Of a stretch of 50,818 nucleotides of DNA, positions 18,228 to 27,344 are shown in pieces. The DNA is from Candidatus Omnitrophota bacterium. Lineage in GTDB: Bacteria > Omnitrophota > Gorgyraeia > Gorgyraeales > Gorgyraeaceae. The stretch lies in NCBI GenBank assembly GCA_043821705.1, contig JBDRCN010000031.1, forward strand, positions 1-50,818, read 5' to 3'. The notes below the pieces were generated by a model. That model searched no databases. It was given only the letters and a program-made list of their open reading frames with translations, and had not been told where the DNA came from. Position numbers and translations under genes: made by a program. How positions within the stretch are numbered: position 1 is the stretch's first letter; the number at the start of each line of letters is the position of its first letter.

Positions 18228-20075
18228 ATGAAAAAGAAAAAGATCACAAAGACCGATGTTCAGAGTATCTATCATCCGCTTGGCGTAACAACTGTAAAAG
18301 GCAAGATCGTCCTATTTTTTAAATCGCAAGATATGGGAAAGGTTGGTCTATATCTTACTAGGGGGCAGACAGGCTTACGATTTTCTAAGGCCAAAGCTAA
18401 GATTAAATTATTGTCACCTTTGGGAAAAGAGCTGACAATTGAAAAAAGAGAACATATAAGTGTTTCTCCTTGCGATCAAGGTTACTTCATGACCTTTGTT
18501 GAAAAAGGCGCTAAAAAAGATCAGCTTATGGGAGCTATCACCAAGGATATGAAGAGTTTTAAGGTCACAGGTAAGATATCCAAGGCTGAAGACCAGGGTG
18601 TCTTGGTCCCAAACTATAAACATGAAGATAGATATGTCATATATCAAGGCAAAGGAACGATCACGATAGCATCATCAAAAGATCTTGAAAAATGGCGGAT
18701 CTCCGAAGTCTCATGTCTAACCCCTAGAAGTAATTTTTTTGATTTCGCGCAACTTACAGTGCTATCAACATCTCTGACACAACACGGCATACTAGTGATC
18801 TACGATGCTTCTTATAAAAAGAACAGCAGGCAGATCGTCCAGATAGGAGGAGCTTTATTCTCTATTGATGACCCTGAATCTCTCATATGGCGTTCAGAGA
18901 GCCCGCTGTGGGAAGCAAACATCGAGCCAGGAAATGACGAGATAGCCTCTATTGGAGCTGCATTTTATAAAGAAAATATCTATTTATATTTCTCGTCAAT
19001 GGCAAAAAGACTTAAGCTAGTAACTATTGCCAAGCCATTCCCATCTGTACCAGAGAAGTCCATAATCCAATTAAAGAGATTTCACAAAAATCCTATTATT
19101 GTGCCAAATTCAATAAACGAGTGGGAGACAGAAGGGACTTTCAATCCAGCAGCCTTATACGCTGATGGTAAGGTGCATCTTCTTTACAGGGCTATTGGAA
19201 GAGGCGGGTTCTCATGCTTTGGATATGCATCAACGAAAGACGGATTCCATATAGATGAATGTCTTCCAGAACCAGCATATATACCTAGAGAAGAATTTGA
19301 AGGTGTCCGTACCAAAATATCTCAGCGCAAAGACCTCTACAGGTCTGGAGGTGGTTGGGGAGGTTGTGAAGACCCTAAACTTACAGCTATAGACGACAAG
19401 GTGTATCTCACTTATGTCGCGTTTTCAGGATATGCTGAGCCAAGGGTAGCGCTAAGCTCCATAAAACTTGAAGACTTTTTGGCTAAAAACTGGAAGTGGG
19501 AAAAGCCAATACTTATATCTAGGCCAGGAGAGGTCAATAAGAGCGGGTGTATCTTACCTGAAAAAGTAAAAGGTAAATATGTGATCTTTCACAGGGTGTT
19601 TCCTCATATCCTGATAGACTATAGAGATGACCTTAAGTTCGATGACGGTAAATATCTTGAGGCAAAAGGCATGATAAAGACCAGGCCAAACATGTGGGAT
19701 TCGAGAAAGGTCAGCGTAGGAGCTACCCCTATCAAGACAGAAGATGGTTGGTTGGTCATATACCACGCTGTCGATGATAGAGATGCTACGAAATATAAGA
19801 TAGGAGCCATGATACTTGATCTAGAAGACCCTTCTAAAGTCCTTTTCCGGACATCTAAGCCTATCCTCGAGCCGGATGAGCACTATGAAAACGACTGGAA
19901 ACCCGGAATAGTATATCCTTGCGGAGCAGTTGTCCTCGAAAAAGAGCTCATTGTATACTACGGTGGAGGAGATAAGTTTGTCTGCTGCGCTACTGCAAAG
20001 CTTGATAAGTTTATGGAAGACATCAAAAAAGACAGACAAGTGACTTACGATCTGAAAGAAGTAGCATCCTTATAA
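18228..20075 (+). CDS. GH130 family glycoside phosphorylase/hydrolase with degenerate N-terminal propeller
   Basis: C-terminal NPII.P, FNPAA, LLYRA, GCEDPK, IVYPCGA, YYGGGD; AGGAG RBS before ATG 18228. Confidence 0.85.
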   Translation: MKKKKITKTDVQSIYHPLGVTTVKGKIVLFFKSQDMGKVGLYLTRGQTGLRFSKAKAKIKLLSPLGKELTIEKREHISVSPCDQGYFMTFVEKGAKKDQLMGAITKDMKSFKVTGKISKAEDQGVLVPNYKHEDRYVIYQGKGTITIASSKDLEKWRISEVSCLTPRSNFFDFAQLTVLSTSLTQHGILVIYDASYKKNSRQIVQIGGALFSIDDPESLIWRSESPLWEANIEPGNDEIASIGAAFYKENIYLYFSSMAKRLKLVTIAKPFPSVPEKSIIQLKRFHKNPIIVPNSINEWETEGTFNPAALYADGKVHLLYRAIGRGGFSCFGYASTKDGFHIDECLPEPAYIPREEFEGVRTKISQRKDLYRSGGGWGGCEDPKLTAIDDKVYLTYVAFSGYAEPRVALSSIKLEDFLAKNWKWEKPILISRPGEVNKSGCILPEKVKGKYVIFHRVFPHILIDYRDDLKFDDGKYLEAKGMIKTRPNMWDSRKVSVGATPIKTEDGWLVIYHAVDDRDATKYKIGAMILDLEDPSKVLFRTSKPILEPDEHYENDWKPGIVYPCGAVVLEKELIVYYGGGDKFVCCATAKLDKFMEDIKKDRQVTYDLKEVASL

Positions 20076-20078
20076 AAT

Positions 20079-21995
20079 ATGTTTAATGTACACAGGTCAC
20101 ATCATAATCCAATACTTTCACCACGCAAAAAAAATCCATGGGAGACTTTCGCTGCATTTAACTGGTCTGCTGTGATAAGCAAGACTGATAAAAAGTCGAT
20201 ACATTGTGTCTATAGGGCCATAGATGAACCTGATCTTATTCCAAAAGAAAAAATATATACCTCTTCCATAGGATATGCGTTCAGTAAGGATGGCCGCCAT
20301 TATAGTAAAAGATCCCAGCTTATAAAACCTGAATTTGAATGGGAAAAATATGGTTGTGAAGACCCCAGGGTCACAGAGCTAAATGGTAAATATTATATCT
20401 TTTATACTGCATTATCTGTCTACCCTTTTAATCATACTGGGATAAAGGTCGCTTGCGCTATTACAAAAGATTTCAAGAAAATAGAATCTAAGCACTTAGT
20501 GACGCCATTTAATGCAAAGGCAATGGCGCTTTTCCCTTCCAAGATAAATGGAAAGATGGTGGCAATACTTACAGCAAACACAGATAACCCTAAGTGCCAG
20601 GCAAAGATAACCATTGCTGAGTTTGAAAAAGAAGACGATATGTGGAATCCTATGTATTGGAGAGACTGGTATAGAAATATCAACAAACATACTCTAAGGG
20701 TAAGAAGGACCATTACAGACCATGTAGAGGTAGGAGCTGGGCCTGTTAAGACAAAAGAAGGATGGCTTCTTATATATTCTCATATTCAAAATTACCATAG
20801 TGATGCTAGGACTTTTGGTATTGAGGCGCTTCTTTTAGATCTTAATAATCCTAAAAAGATCATAGGAAGAACGCGTCACCCTATGATGATCCCTGAAGAG
20901 ACTTATGAAAAATATGGGCAGATACCGAATGTCATATTCCCTTCAGGCGCGCTGATAAAGGATAAAGAACTTTGGATCCTATATGGAGCCACAGATACCA
21001 CATGCTGTATGGCCAGGGTCGATCTAAAGAACCTCCTGCGAAGCATGCGTCCAATAAAAGAATATGACCATATCGTAAGATATAAGAACAACCCCATTAT
21101 TAAGCCGATAGAGGAAAATCCATGGGAGAAAAAAGCAGTATTCAATCCTGCAGCCATTGATCTTGACGGAAAGATACATATAGTATATCGCGCAATGTCA
21201 GAGGACAACACATCAACAATGGGATATGCTATGAGCGTGGATGGTTTGACTATCAAAGAACGCCTTCCTGAACCTATCTATGGTCCTCGAACTGATTATG
21301 AAAGCAAGAAAGTGCCTAATGGTAATTCTGGGTGTGAAGACCCGAGGATCACAAAGATAGGGAATAGGTTTTATATGTGCTATACAGCGTATAATGGAAT
21401 ACAGGTGCCAAGAGTCGGCATGTCACATATATCTGTAAAAGATTTCCTTGAACGAAAATGGGACTGGTCAGAACCAGTCCTTATAACGCCTCCTGAAATA
21501 GATGATAAAGATGCTTGCATACTGCCTGAAAAAGTAAATGGCCAATACATGCTTATACACCGCATAGAAAACCAGATCTGCGCTGATTTTTTCAATTCTT
21601 TGGAAAATCCACTTGAGGATGTGACCAAAGGCATGCGCCTCATGGCCCCTAGATATGGGATGTGGGATAGTAAAAAAATAGGGTTAGCAGGCGTGCCAAT
21701 AAAGACTAAAGTTGGTTGGATATTATTTTATCATGGTGTCAGCGAACACGTACGCTATTGTCTAGGAGCAGCATTGCTTGATCTTAAAAATCCTATGCGT
21801 GTTATAGCTCGTACTAATGAAGCTATACTGGAACCTGAAAAAAGATACGAGAAAGTCGGCCAGATCCCTAACGTAGTCTTCCCTTGCAGCCACATCTTAA
21901 GAGGTGATACTATCTATCATTATTATGGCGGAGCTGATTCAGTGATCGGTGTCGCTACGATGAAACTGTCAGCGCTCCTTGAGATGCTCATATAG
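20079..21995 (+). CDS. GH130 family protein with two tandem GH130 domains
   Basis: Two copies each of NPI..P, YRA, GCEDPR, PNV.FP, YG..D. Confidence 0.88.
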   Translation: MFNVHRSHHNPILSPRKKNPWETFAAFNWSAVISKTDKKSIHCVYRAIDEPDLIPKEKIYTSSIGYAFSKDGRHYSKRSQLIKPEFEWEKYGCEDPRVTELNGKYYIFYTALSVYPFNHTGIKVACAITKDFKKIESKHLVTPFNAKAMALFPSKINGKMVAILTANTDNPKCQAKITIAEFEKEDDMWNPMYWRDWYRNINKHTLRVRRTITDHVEVGAGPVKTKEGWLLIYSHIQNYHSDARTFGIEALLLDLNNPKKIIGRTRHPMMIPEETYEKYGQIPNVIFPSGALIKDKELWILYGATDTTCCMARVDLKNLLRSMRPIKEYDHIVRYKNNPIIKPIEENPWEKKAVFNPAAIDLDGKIHIVYRAMSEDNTSTMGYAMSVDGLTIKERLPEPIYGPRTDYESKKVPNGNSGCEDPRITKIGNRFYMCYTAYNGIQVPRVGMSHISVKDFLERKWDWSEPVLITPPEIDDKDACILPEKVNGQYMLIHRIENQICADFFNSLENPLEDVTKGMRLMAPRYGMWDSKKIGLAGVPIKTKVGWILFYHGVSEHVRYCLGAALLDLKNPMRVIARTNEAILEPEKRYEKVGQIPNVVFPCSHILRGDTIYHYYGGADSVIGVATMKLSALLEMLI

Positions 21996-22013
21996 TAATC
22001 TAATATTTTTTTC

Positions 22014-22042
22014 TTGATTTCCTCATACTCTAGAAGTAATAT
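22014..22042 (+). promoter_or_regulatory. Putative sigma70 promoter
   Basis: TTGATT-17 bp-TAATAT upstream of 22077. Confidence 0.45.
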
Positions 22043-22076
22043 GTATATATCTACATTAAATCCAAGTGAGGCATAA

Positions 22077-22583
22077 ATGAAATATAGGCGCTTGCTTTTA
22101 TTAAATATAGGTATAGCAGGGCTTCTGCTGGGGTTACTCGAATATCTTTTTAACCGGCCAATAGATTCATCCTATCTGCTATCATTCCGTTACGTAACAA
22201 TATTCAAAAAATATATTTCAGTTTTACCTTGTTTTTATGGCGTATTAGGCCAGTGGCTGCCTGATTTTTTCCATAGCTTTTCCTTTTCACTTATATTTAT
22301 AAGTTTGTTTTCATATTCCAGGATTTCACGATTATCTTTTTGCATTTTCTGGGTAACCATAGATTCATTATTCGAAATTGGACAAAAGTATGGAAGTCAA
22401 CTTTTAATTTATATTCCCTCTTGGTTTAACAAGATTCCAATTTTTAAAAATACAGAGAATTATTTTACGTTAGGAAGGTTTGACTCTATGGATATCTTAG
22501 CGATAATCTTAGGAGGTTTATTCGCTTATTGGATAAGTGAGTTATTGTTATCTAGGAAGGAGGTAGGTTATGAACTTGGGTGA
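22077..22583 (+). CDS. Small integral membrane protein (VanZ/DUF2809-like motifs)
   Basis: About 4 TM helices; WLPDFFH, FEIGQ, GRFDSMDILA. Confidence 0.7.
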   Translation: MKYRRLLLLNIGIAGLLLGLLEYLFNRPIDSSYLLSFRYVTIFKKYISVLPCFYGVLGQWLPDFFHSFSFSLIFISLFSYSRISRLSFCIFWVTIDSLFEIGQKYGSQLLIYIPSWFNKIPIFKNTENYFTLGRFDSMDILAIILGGLFAYWISELLLSRKEVGYELG

Positions 22584-22716
22584 AAAATTGTGTAAAAAAG
22601 CAATTAAGTATATGTGTATTCTAGCGCTTATAATCTTTGGGCTTGTATCAATAATCGCTACAGGCAGCGGAGACAGTACTCCAACTGCGGCAAGCGCAGG
22701 CGGTTCAGGAAAATAA
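22570..22716 (+). CDS. 48-aa signal-peptide-like small protein with Gly/Ser tail (not in ORF track)
   Basis: AGGAGG RBS; MNLGEKLCKKAIKYMCILALIIFGLVSIIATGSGDSTPTAASAGGSGK*; overlaps the upstream stop. Confidence 0.65.
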   Translation: MNLGEKLCKKAIKYMCILALIIFGLVSIIATGSGDSTPTAASAGGSGK

Positions 22717-22731
22717 TAAAGGAGGTTTAAG

Positions 22732-24771
22732 ATGAACTATTTAAAGATACGACCGGTATTTTTAGTATTATGCTTAGTGGTTGTAGCTAGTTTTGGGATA
22801 GAAAATTCTTTATTAGCAGCAGACCTGACAGCAGGTGGTACCTATACTATAACATTGGAAGCTATTAAAAGTAATGGAATACCAACCTCAGCTGCCAATG
22901 GAGATTTATTGAATTTAACTACAACTGCAATAGCAGATGCTAATAAAAAAATAGGTTTTAACATTTCGGGTATTCCCGACAGCAGTACCTATAATTTTTT
23001 AGTAGTTACAGTTAAGGATGCAGGAGGTGATACTGTCAGGCAATCGATTATACCAGCACCTTCGCCTGGGAGCAGTGTTAATTTAGGAGTTTCGCCAATG
23101 ACTTATGCGCAGACACAAGCGCTTCTTTCTGCGATGTCTACAGCAGGCAGTGATGATCCTATTATGGTGCTTTTTGGCGGCATTATTGTCCGTTCGGGAG
23201 GATTTACTGGTGATGACATAACCCACCTAGGTAATATAGGCAGGCTTGCTATAAAAGGCCCTAATGGAGATGATACAAGCGCAGGCTTTAATTGGTACCT
23301 TCTGAATCAAGCAGGTATCTCAATAGCCCAAATGGCCACTTTTAGATCCAGCATTGTAACAGGACTTGCTACATATACCTCGAACTTAAAGGATTCAGTT
23401 GATGTTTTAAGCAGGGCTGGCCTTACTGATGAAGAGAAGGCTGAGGAAGCAAGAAAAGAAAGAGGCGAAGCAGCTGCCTTGCTTAGCCAGATATTAATAG
23501 ATGCAGCCAGCGAAGCTGATTTTGATGTAGGTTATATTACTGCTGCAATGAAAGCTGCGTCTGACCAGGTGGAAAATTATCTTGGGGGTGATGGAGCTGG
23601 GATGAATGAGACTGCTGTATCTGCTATGGATTCTGTTATGATGGCAAATTATATGAAATTAACTGCAGAGCGTGTTAAAAGAAAATATACAGATGCGCTT
23701 ACAGTCCTTAATGCCTCTAGTGAGCAAATAACACGATATACTAATGCAATCAATACGCTTACAAACAGTCTTGTAGCAGCATTTCAATCCTTTGAGGAAG
23801 CATTTGAATATGAAGAGGCTAGTCCTGATAAAGATACTATAGATACTCTATATAGTGAGCAACAGACTGCATGTAATGCTGCATTCAGCCAATTTATGGT
23901 AGATTCAGCTTCAACCTGCGATGAAATAGATATAATGGTAATAGCTATGGAAGCTGGGTTTGTAGCAGATATTAGTGCCGGCATGCTGGGAACAAAAACA
24001 GAGGTTACTGACTATGATAATGATCCTGATGTTGATTATGAATACTATGATGGAGTGTTTGCTTGGCAGGATATGAGCGTAAATAAATTTAACTGGCCAA
24101 TACCAATAGTTGTTTCTGTCCAATTTGTAGCAGATAATTATGGTAATACCATGACATATACGCGGGATACGATTGGATTGCCTAAGTCCCACTGGTCACC
24201 CATTTTACTGGACGGTGATCCAGTCAGGACTGACTGGGGTGATTCTCATACAGAGGGCATAGCAGATGATCTTGTTAGTGAAGGTAATGGTATTGCAGGT
24301 GATGAGCAGTGTATGCCCGCAGGCCTTGCTGTGTTATTTGGTATCAGGGAGGATATAGAAATTATTATAGCAAGAAAATGGGCAGGCCTGGCTGAAGCAA
24401 GTAGAGATATGACGCTCTCAGGGTATAATAGATTAAGTGCATCTGATAAAACTACTGCTGATGGCTACGAAGCAGGCGGCGACCTTCAGATCTACGGCCA
24501 TGTTTACGGCGGTGATGACCCAGGTGAAACAGATAGCGATGATGACCCAGTAACCGGTGATGATGCAGGCTGTGTTGACTTAACTAGTTTTAACGTAATT
24601 GAAGATCTATTCCCCTATCTTACAGGAGAGGAGCATCAGGCTCTAGGCAATTTAGCAGTTACCAGGACAAATGCAATAAAGGATAATATAAGCGTTACAG
24701 GAGGAGGCACCATTACTGATGCACAGAAACAAGCATTGATTGACACTGCAGCAATGCCTGATTTTCAGTAA
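22732..24771 (+). CDS. Large secreted acidic hypothetical protein
   Basis: AGGAGG RBS, signal peptide, Ala/Asp/Thr-rich, Asp-rich loops (DYDNDPDVD, DSDDDP). Confidence 0.8.
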   Translation: MNYLKIRPVFLVLCLVVVASFGIENSLLAADLTAGGTYTITLEAIKSNGIPTSAANGDLLNLTTTAIADANKKIGFNISGIPDSSTYNFLVVTVKDAGGDTVRQSIIPAPSPGSSVNLGVSPMTYAQTQALLSAMSTAGSDDPIMVLFGGIIVRSGGFTGDDITHLGNIGRLAIKGPNGDDTSAGFNWYLLNQAGISIAQMATFRSSIVTGLATYTSNLKDSVDVLSRAGLTDEEKAEEARKERGEAAALLSQILIDAASEADFDVGYITAAMKAASDQVENYLGGDGAGMNETAVSAMDSVMMANYMKLTAERVKRKYTDALTVLNASSEQITRYTNAINTLTNSLVAAFQSFEEAFEYEEASPDKDTIDTLYSEQQTACNAAFSQFMVDSASTCDEIDIMVIAMEAGFVADISAGMLGTKTEVTDYDNDPDVDYEYYDGVFAWQDMSVNKFNWPIPIVVSVQFVADNYGNTMTYTRDTIGLPKSHWSPILLDGDPVRTDWGDSHTEGIADDLVSEGNGIAGDEQCMPAGLAVLFGIREDIEIIIARKWAGLAEASRDMTLSGYNRLSASDKTTADGYEAGGDLQIYGHVYGGDDPGETDSDDDPVTGDDAGCVDLTSFNVIEDLFPYLTGEEHQALGNLAVTRTNAIKDNISVTGGGTITDAQKQALIDTAAMPDFQ

Positions 24772-24782
24772 GATTTAAAAAT

Positions 24783-25820
24783 ATGGTCAAACGGTCAATT
24801 CTATATATATCTATCTTAAGTTTACTAGTCTGTTTTGAGCCAAAGGATTTGCCGGCAAAATCCAATGTTGATGCTCCCGGAACAATAGACAATGTAAGTC
24901 AGATAGCTATGTTTGACGCAACTAATGCGCGAAGAACTCTAGGTACAATTAAATATGATACCCTAGAAAAATACGCTTTAATAAAAGATTCTTCCACAAA
25001 AAAAGATCACTTATATAAGCGGGGTGATTATATTAATGATGGATTTAGGATAGCTGAGATTAATAATGATTTATTGGTTTTAGCAGATTACAAAAATGAT
25101 AGGATAATAAGCCTTACTCAAGGGATGTCTTCCGATAATATTGAATTTATAGATACGCTTAAATTAGACACATTTGAATATAGATACTGGCTTTTAGAAA
25201 AAGATGAAGAGGTTAGAGATAAAGGTTTCGAATTTGTAAAAGTGGAAGGATCAAAAGCAATTCTAGAAAAATCTTACAAAGAAGAAAGCTATGAGGCAAG
25301 GCAGGCTGTTAAGGAAGGATCCTCTATGGAAGAATTCTTTATAGAAGATTCCTATGATGTTACTTCCCTGGCACAAAATAACTCTGAGGCGAGCGTTGAC
25401 GAGGTATTTTTCAATCAGCTTAAAACAAAAAAAATGGGTAATGATGTATGGATGGTAGACGGGGAAAGCGTTTCAAAAGAGATTGTAAACGATACTGCCG
25501 AGGTGTTAAAAGATGTAACTAAGGCCTTTAAAGGCGTTTCCTTTGGAAGCGGAGGCATCAGGGTGAATTTCAAGGCCAAAAGCGGAAACGTAGTTTTAGA
25601 TAGAAGCGGATTTCTGGTTGATTCTCTTACAGCTGATGTAAAATCAAAGGCCGGGTTCTTAAATGGAGACATTATAAAGACAATTAACAATAAAGCAATA
25701 TATAATTTTACAGATATGGCATTTATGTACTTTGAGATTATGGATAACAATATTTCACAAGTACAGATAAAATTATTGCGCGAAAACCAAATAAAGACAC
25801 AAACCTATCTTATTAATTGA
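24783..25820 (+). CDS. Exported protein with GspC-like HR region and C-terminal PDZ-like domain
   Basis: LGTI.....YALIKD......LYKRGD.I..GFRI.EI; KAGFLNGDIIKTINN...LLR.NQ.KT.TY.I. Confidence 0.6.
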   Translation: MVKRSILYISILSLLVCFEPKDLPAKSNVDAPGTIDNVSQIAMFDATNARRTLGTIKYDTLEKYALIKDSSTKKDHLYKRGDYINDGFRIAEINNDLLVLADYKNDRIISLTQGMSSDNIEFIDTLKLDTFEYRYWLLEKDEEVRDKGFEFVKVEGSKAILEKSYKEESYEARQAVKEGSSMEEFFIEDSYDVTSLAQNNSEASVDEVFFNQLKTKKMGNDVWMVDGESVSKEIVNDTAEVLKDVTKAFKGVSFGSGGIRVNFKAKSGNVVLDRSGFLVDSLTADVKSKAGFLNGDIIKTINNKAIYNFTDMAFMYFEIMDNNISQVQIKLLRENQIKTQTYLIN

Positions 25821-26103
25821 TTTATTCTTTAAAAAATTAAAATTATAAATTAGGGACACAGCCTAAAAATACGCACCCTCCCCATACTAAAACTCAAGCC
25901 AATAATTATCCTTTTGTTTTTCCATTTTTAGTAGTATACTTTTTATAATGAGCTGGGAACGGGCATGAAAGAACTTAAGGCAGTCTCGCTTCTTAGACAT
26001 CTACCTTAAAGACATAAAGACCCTTATATCCTCGAGTTTCATATGGCAGCCAAAAAAAGCAGGTCAGGATAAAATTTGATTCTATCATGTGTACATGTGA
26101 TAA

Positions 26104-26247
26104 AGAATACTAAAAGATAAGATATCTGATGCGATGAAAGAAATAAGAAAAATAAGAATAGACAGGCCCTTGAAAAGGGGCGATACTATAATCAAAGACT
26201 TATTAGGCACAGGCACATCTCTTGTTTCCGCTAGAGATGTCAATTGA
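26104..26247 (+). pseudogene. 3' remnant of a DUF1667-family gene
   Basis: RILKDKISDAMKEIRKIRIDRPLKRGDTIIKDLLGTGTSLVSARDVN* preceded in frame by TAA; the N-terminal CxxC part is absent. Confidence 0.6.
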
Positions 26248-26260
26248 TAGGAGATAGATC

Positions 26261-27343
26261 ATGTCAAAACTCATAAAAAATATGTCAAGGAAGATGAAAT
26301 TAGCGCCTCCGGGTGCACTTATACATATCGGGGAACAGAAGACAGAAAAAGTAAAGATAACGATCATAGATTATGACGAGACTAAGTTCCAGGAAAAAAC
26401 AATAGCCTCAGTGAAAGAATGCGCTCCTTTTAAAGATAAACCTACGGTCACATGGATAAATATAGACGGCATCCACGAAGTGAACATTATAGAGGAGATA
26501 GGCAGGCAATATGGGCTTCACCCTCTTATCATGGAGGATATTCTTAACACAGGCCAGAGGCCGAAGATAGAAGATTCTGAGGATTTTATCTTTATAGTGT
26601 TAAAGATGCTTCAATGTGACAATAAAGATGATGTCATGACTGAGCAGGTAAGCTTGATCTTAGGAAATAATTTCGTGATCTCTTTTCAGGAGAAAGAAGG
26701 GGATGTCTTTAATAATATAAGAGAAAGGATAAGGAGCTCAAAAGGCCGCATAAGAAAAATGGGAGCAGATTATCTTTTATATAGCTTGATAGACGCTATA
26801 GTTGATAATTATTTTGTGATATTAGAAAAGATGGGAGACAAGATCGAAGGCATGGAAGAAGAACTTATCTCAAGGCCTGTGCCAGCTACGCTTCAGAGCA
26901 TACATAATATAAAAAGAGATATTATATTTTTACGTAAGAGCGTCTGGCCATTGAGGGAGGTCATAGGTAATCTAGAAAGAGGAGAATCCGTTCTTGTTAA
27001 GGAAACTACAGGCATATTCTTGAGGGATCTATATGACCATACCATACAGGTCATAGATACTATCGAGACTTTTAGAGACATGGTCTCAGGCATGCTGGAT
27101 ATATACTTGTCCAGCATAAGCAATAAGATGAATGAGATCATGAAGGTCTTGACCATGATAGCCACTATATTTATTCCCATAACATTTGTTGTAGGTGTCT
27201 ATGGTATGAACTTTAATACAGGGGCCTCTAGATGGAATATGCCTGAGCTTAATTCCAGGTTCGGCTACATAGGTGTGTGGGTAGTCATGCTTTCAATAGC
27301 AGCGGTAATGCTTATGTATTTTAAGAGAAAAAAATGGTTCTAG
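26261..27343 (+). CDS. corA: Magnesium/cobalt transporter CorA
   Basis: PPG.L.HIG, WINIDG, LHPL..EDI, QRPK.E, YGMNF, MPEL. Confidence 0.96.
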   Translation: MSKLIKNMSRKMKLAPPGALIHIGEQKTEKVKITIIDYDETKFQEKTIASVKECAPFKDKPTVTWINIDGIHEVNIIEEIGRQYGLHPLIMEDILNTGQRPKIEDSEDFIFIVLKMLQCDNKDDVMTEQVSLILGNNFVISFQEKEGDVFNNIRERIRSSKGRIRKMGADYLLYSLIDAIVDNYFVILEKMGDKIEGMEEELISRPVPATLQSIHNIKRDIIFLRKSVWPLREVIGNLERGESVLVKETTGIFLRDLYDHTIQVIDTIETFRDMVSGMLDIYLSSISNKMNEIMKVLTMIATIFIPITFVVGVYGMNFNTGASRWNMPELNSRFGYIGVWVVMLSIAAVMLMYFKRKKWF

Positions 27344-27344
27344 G

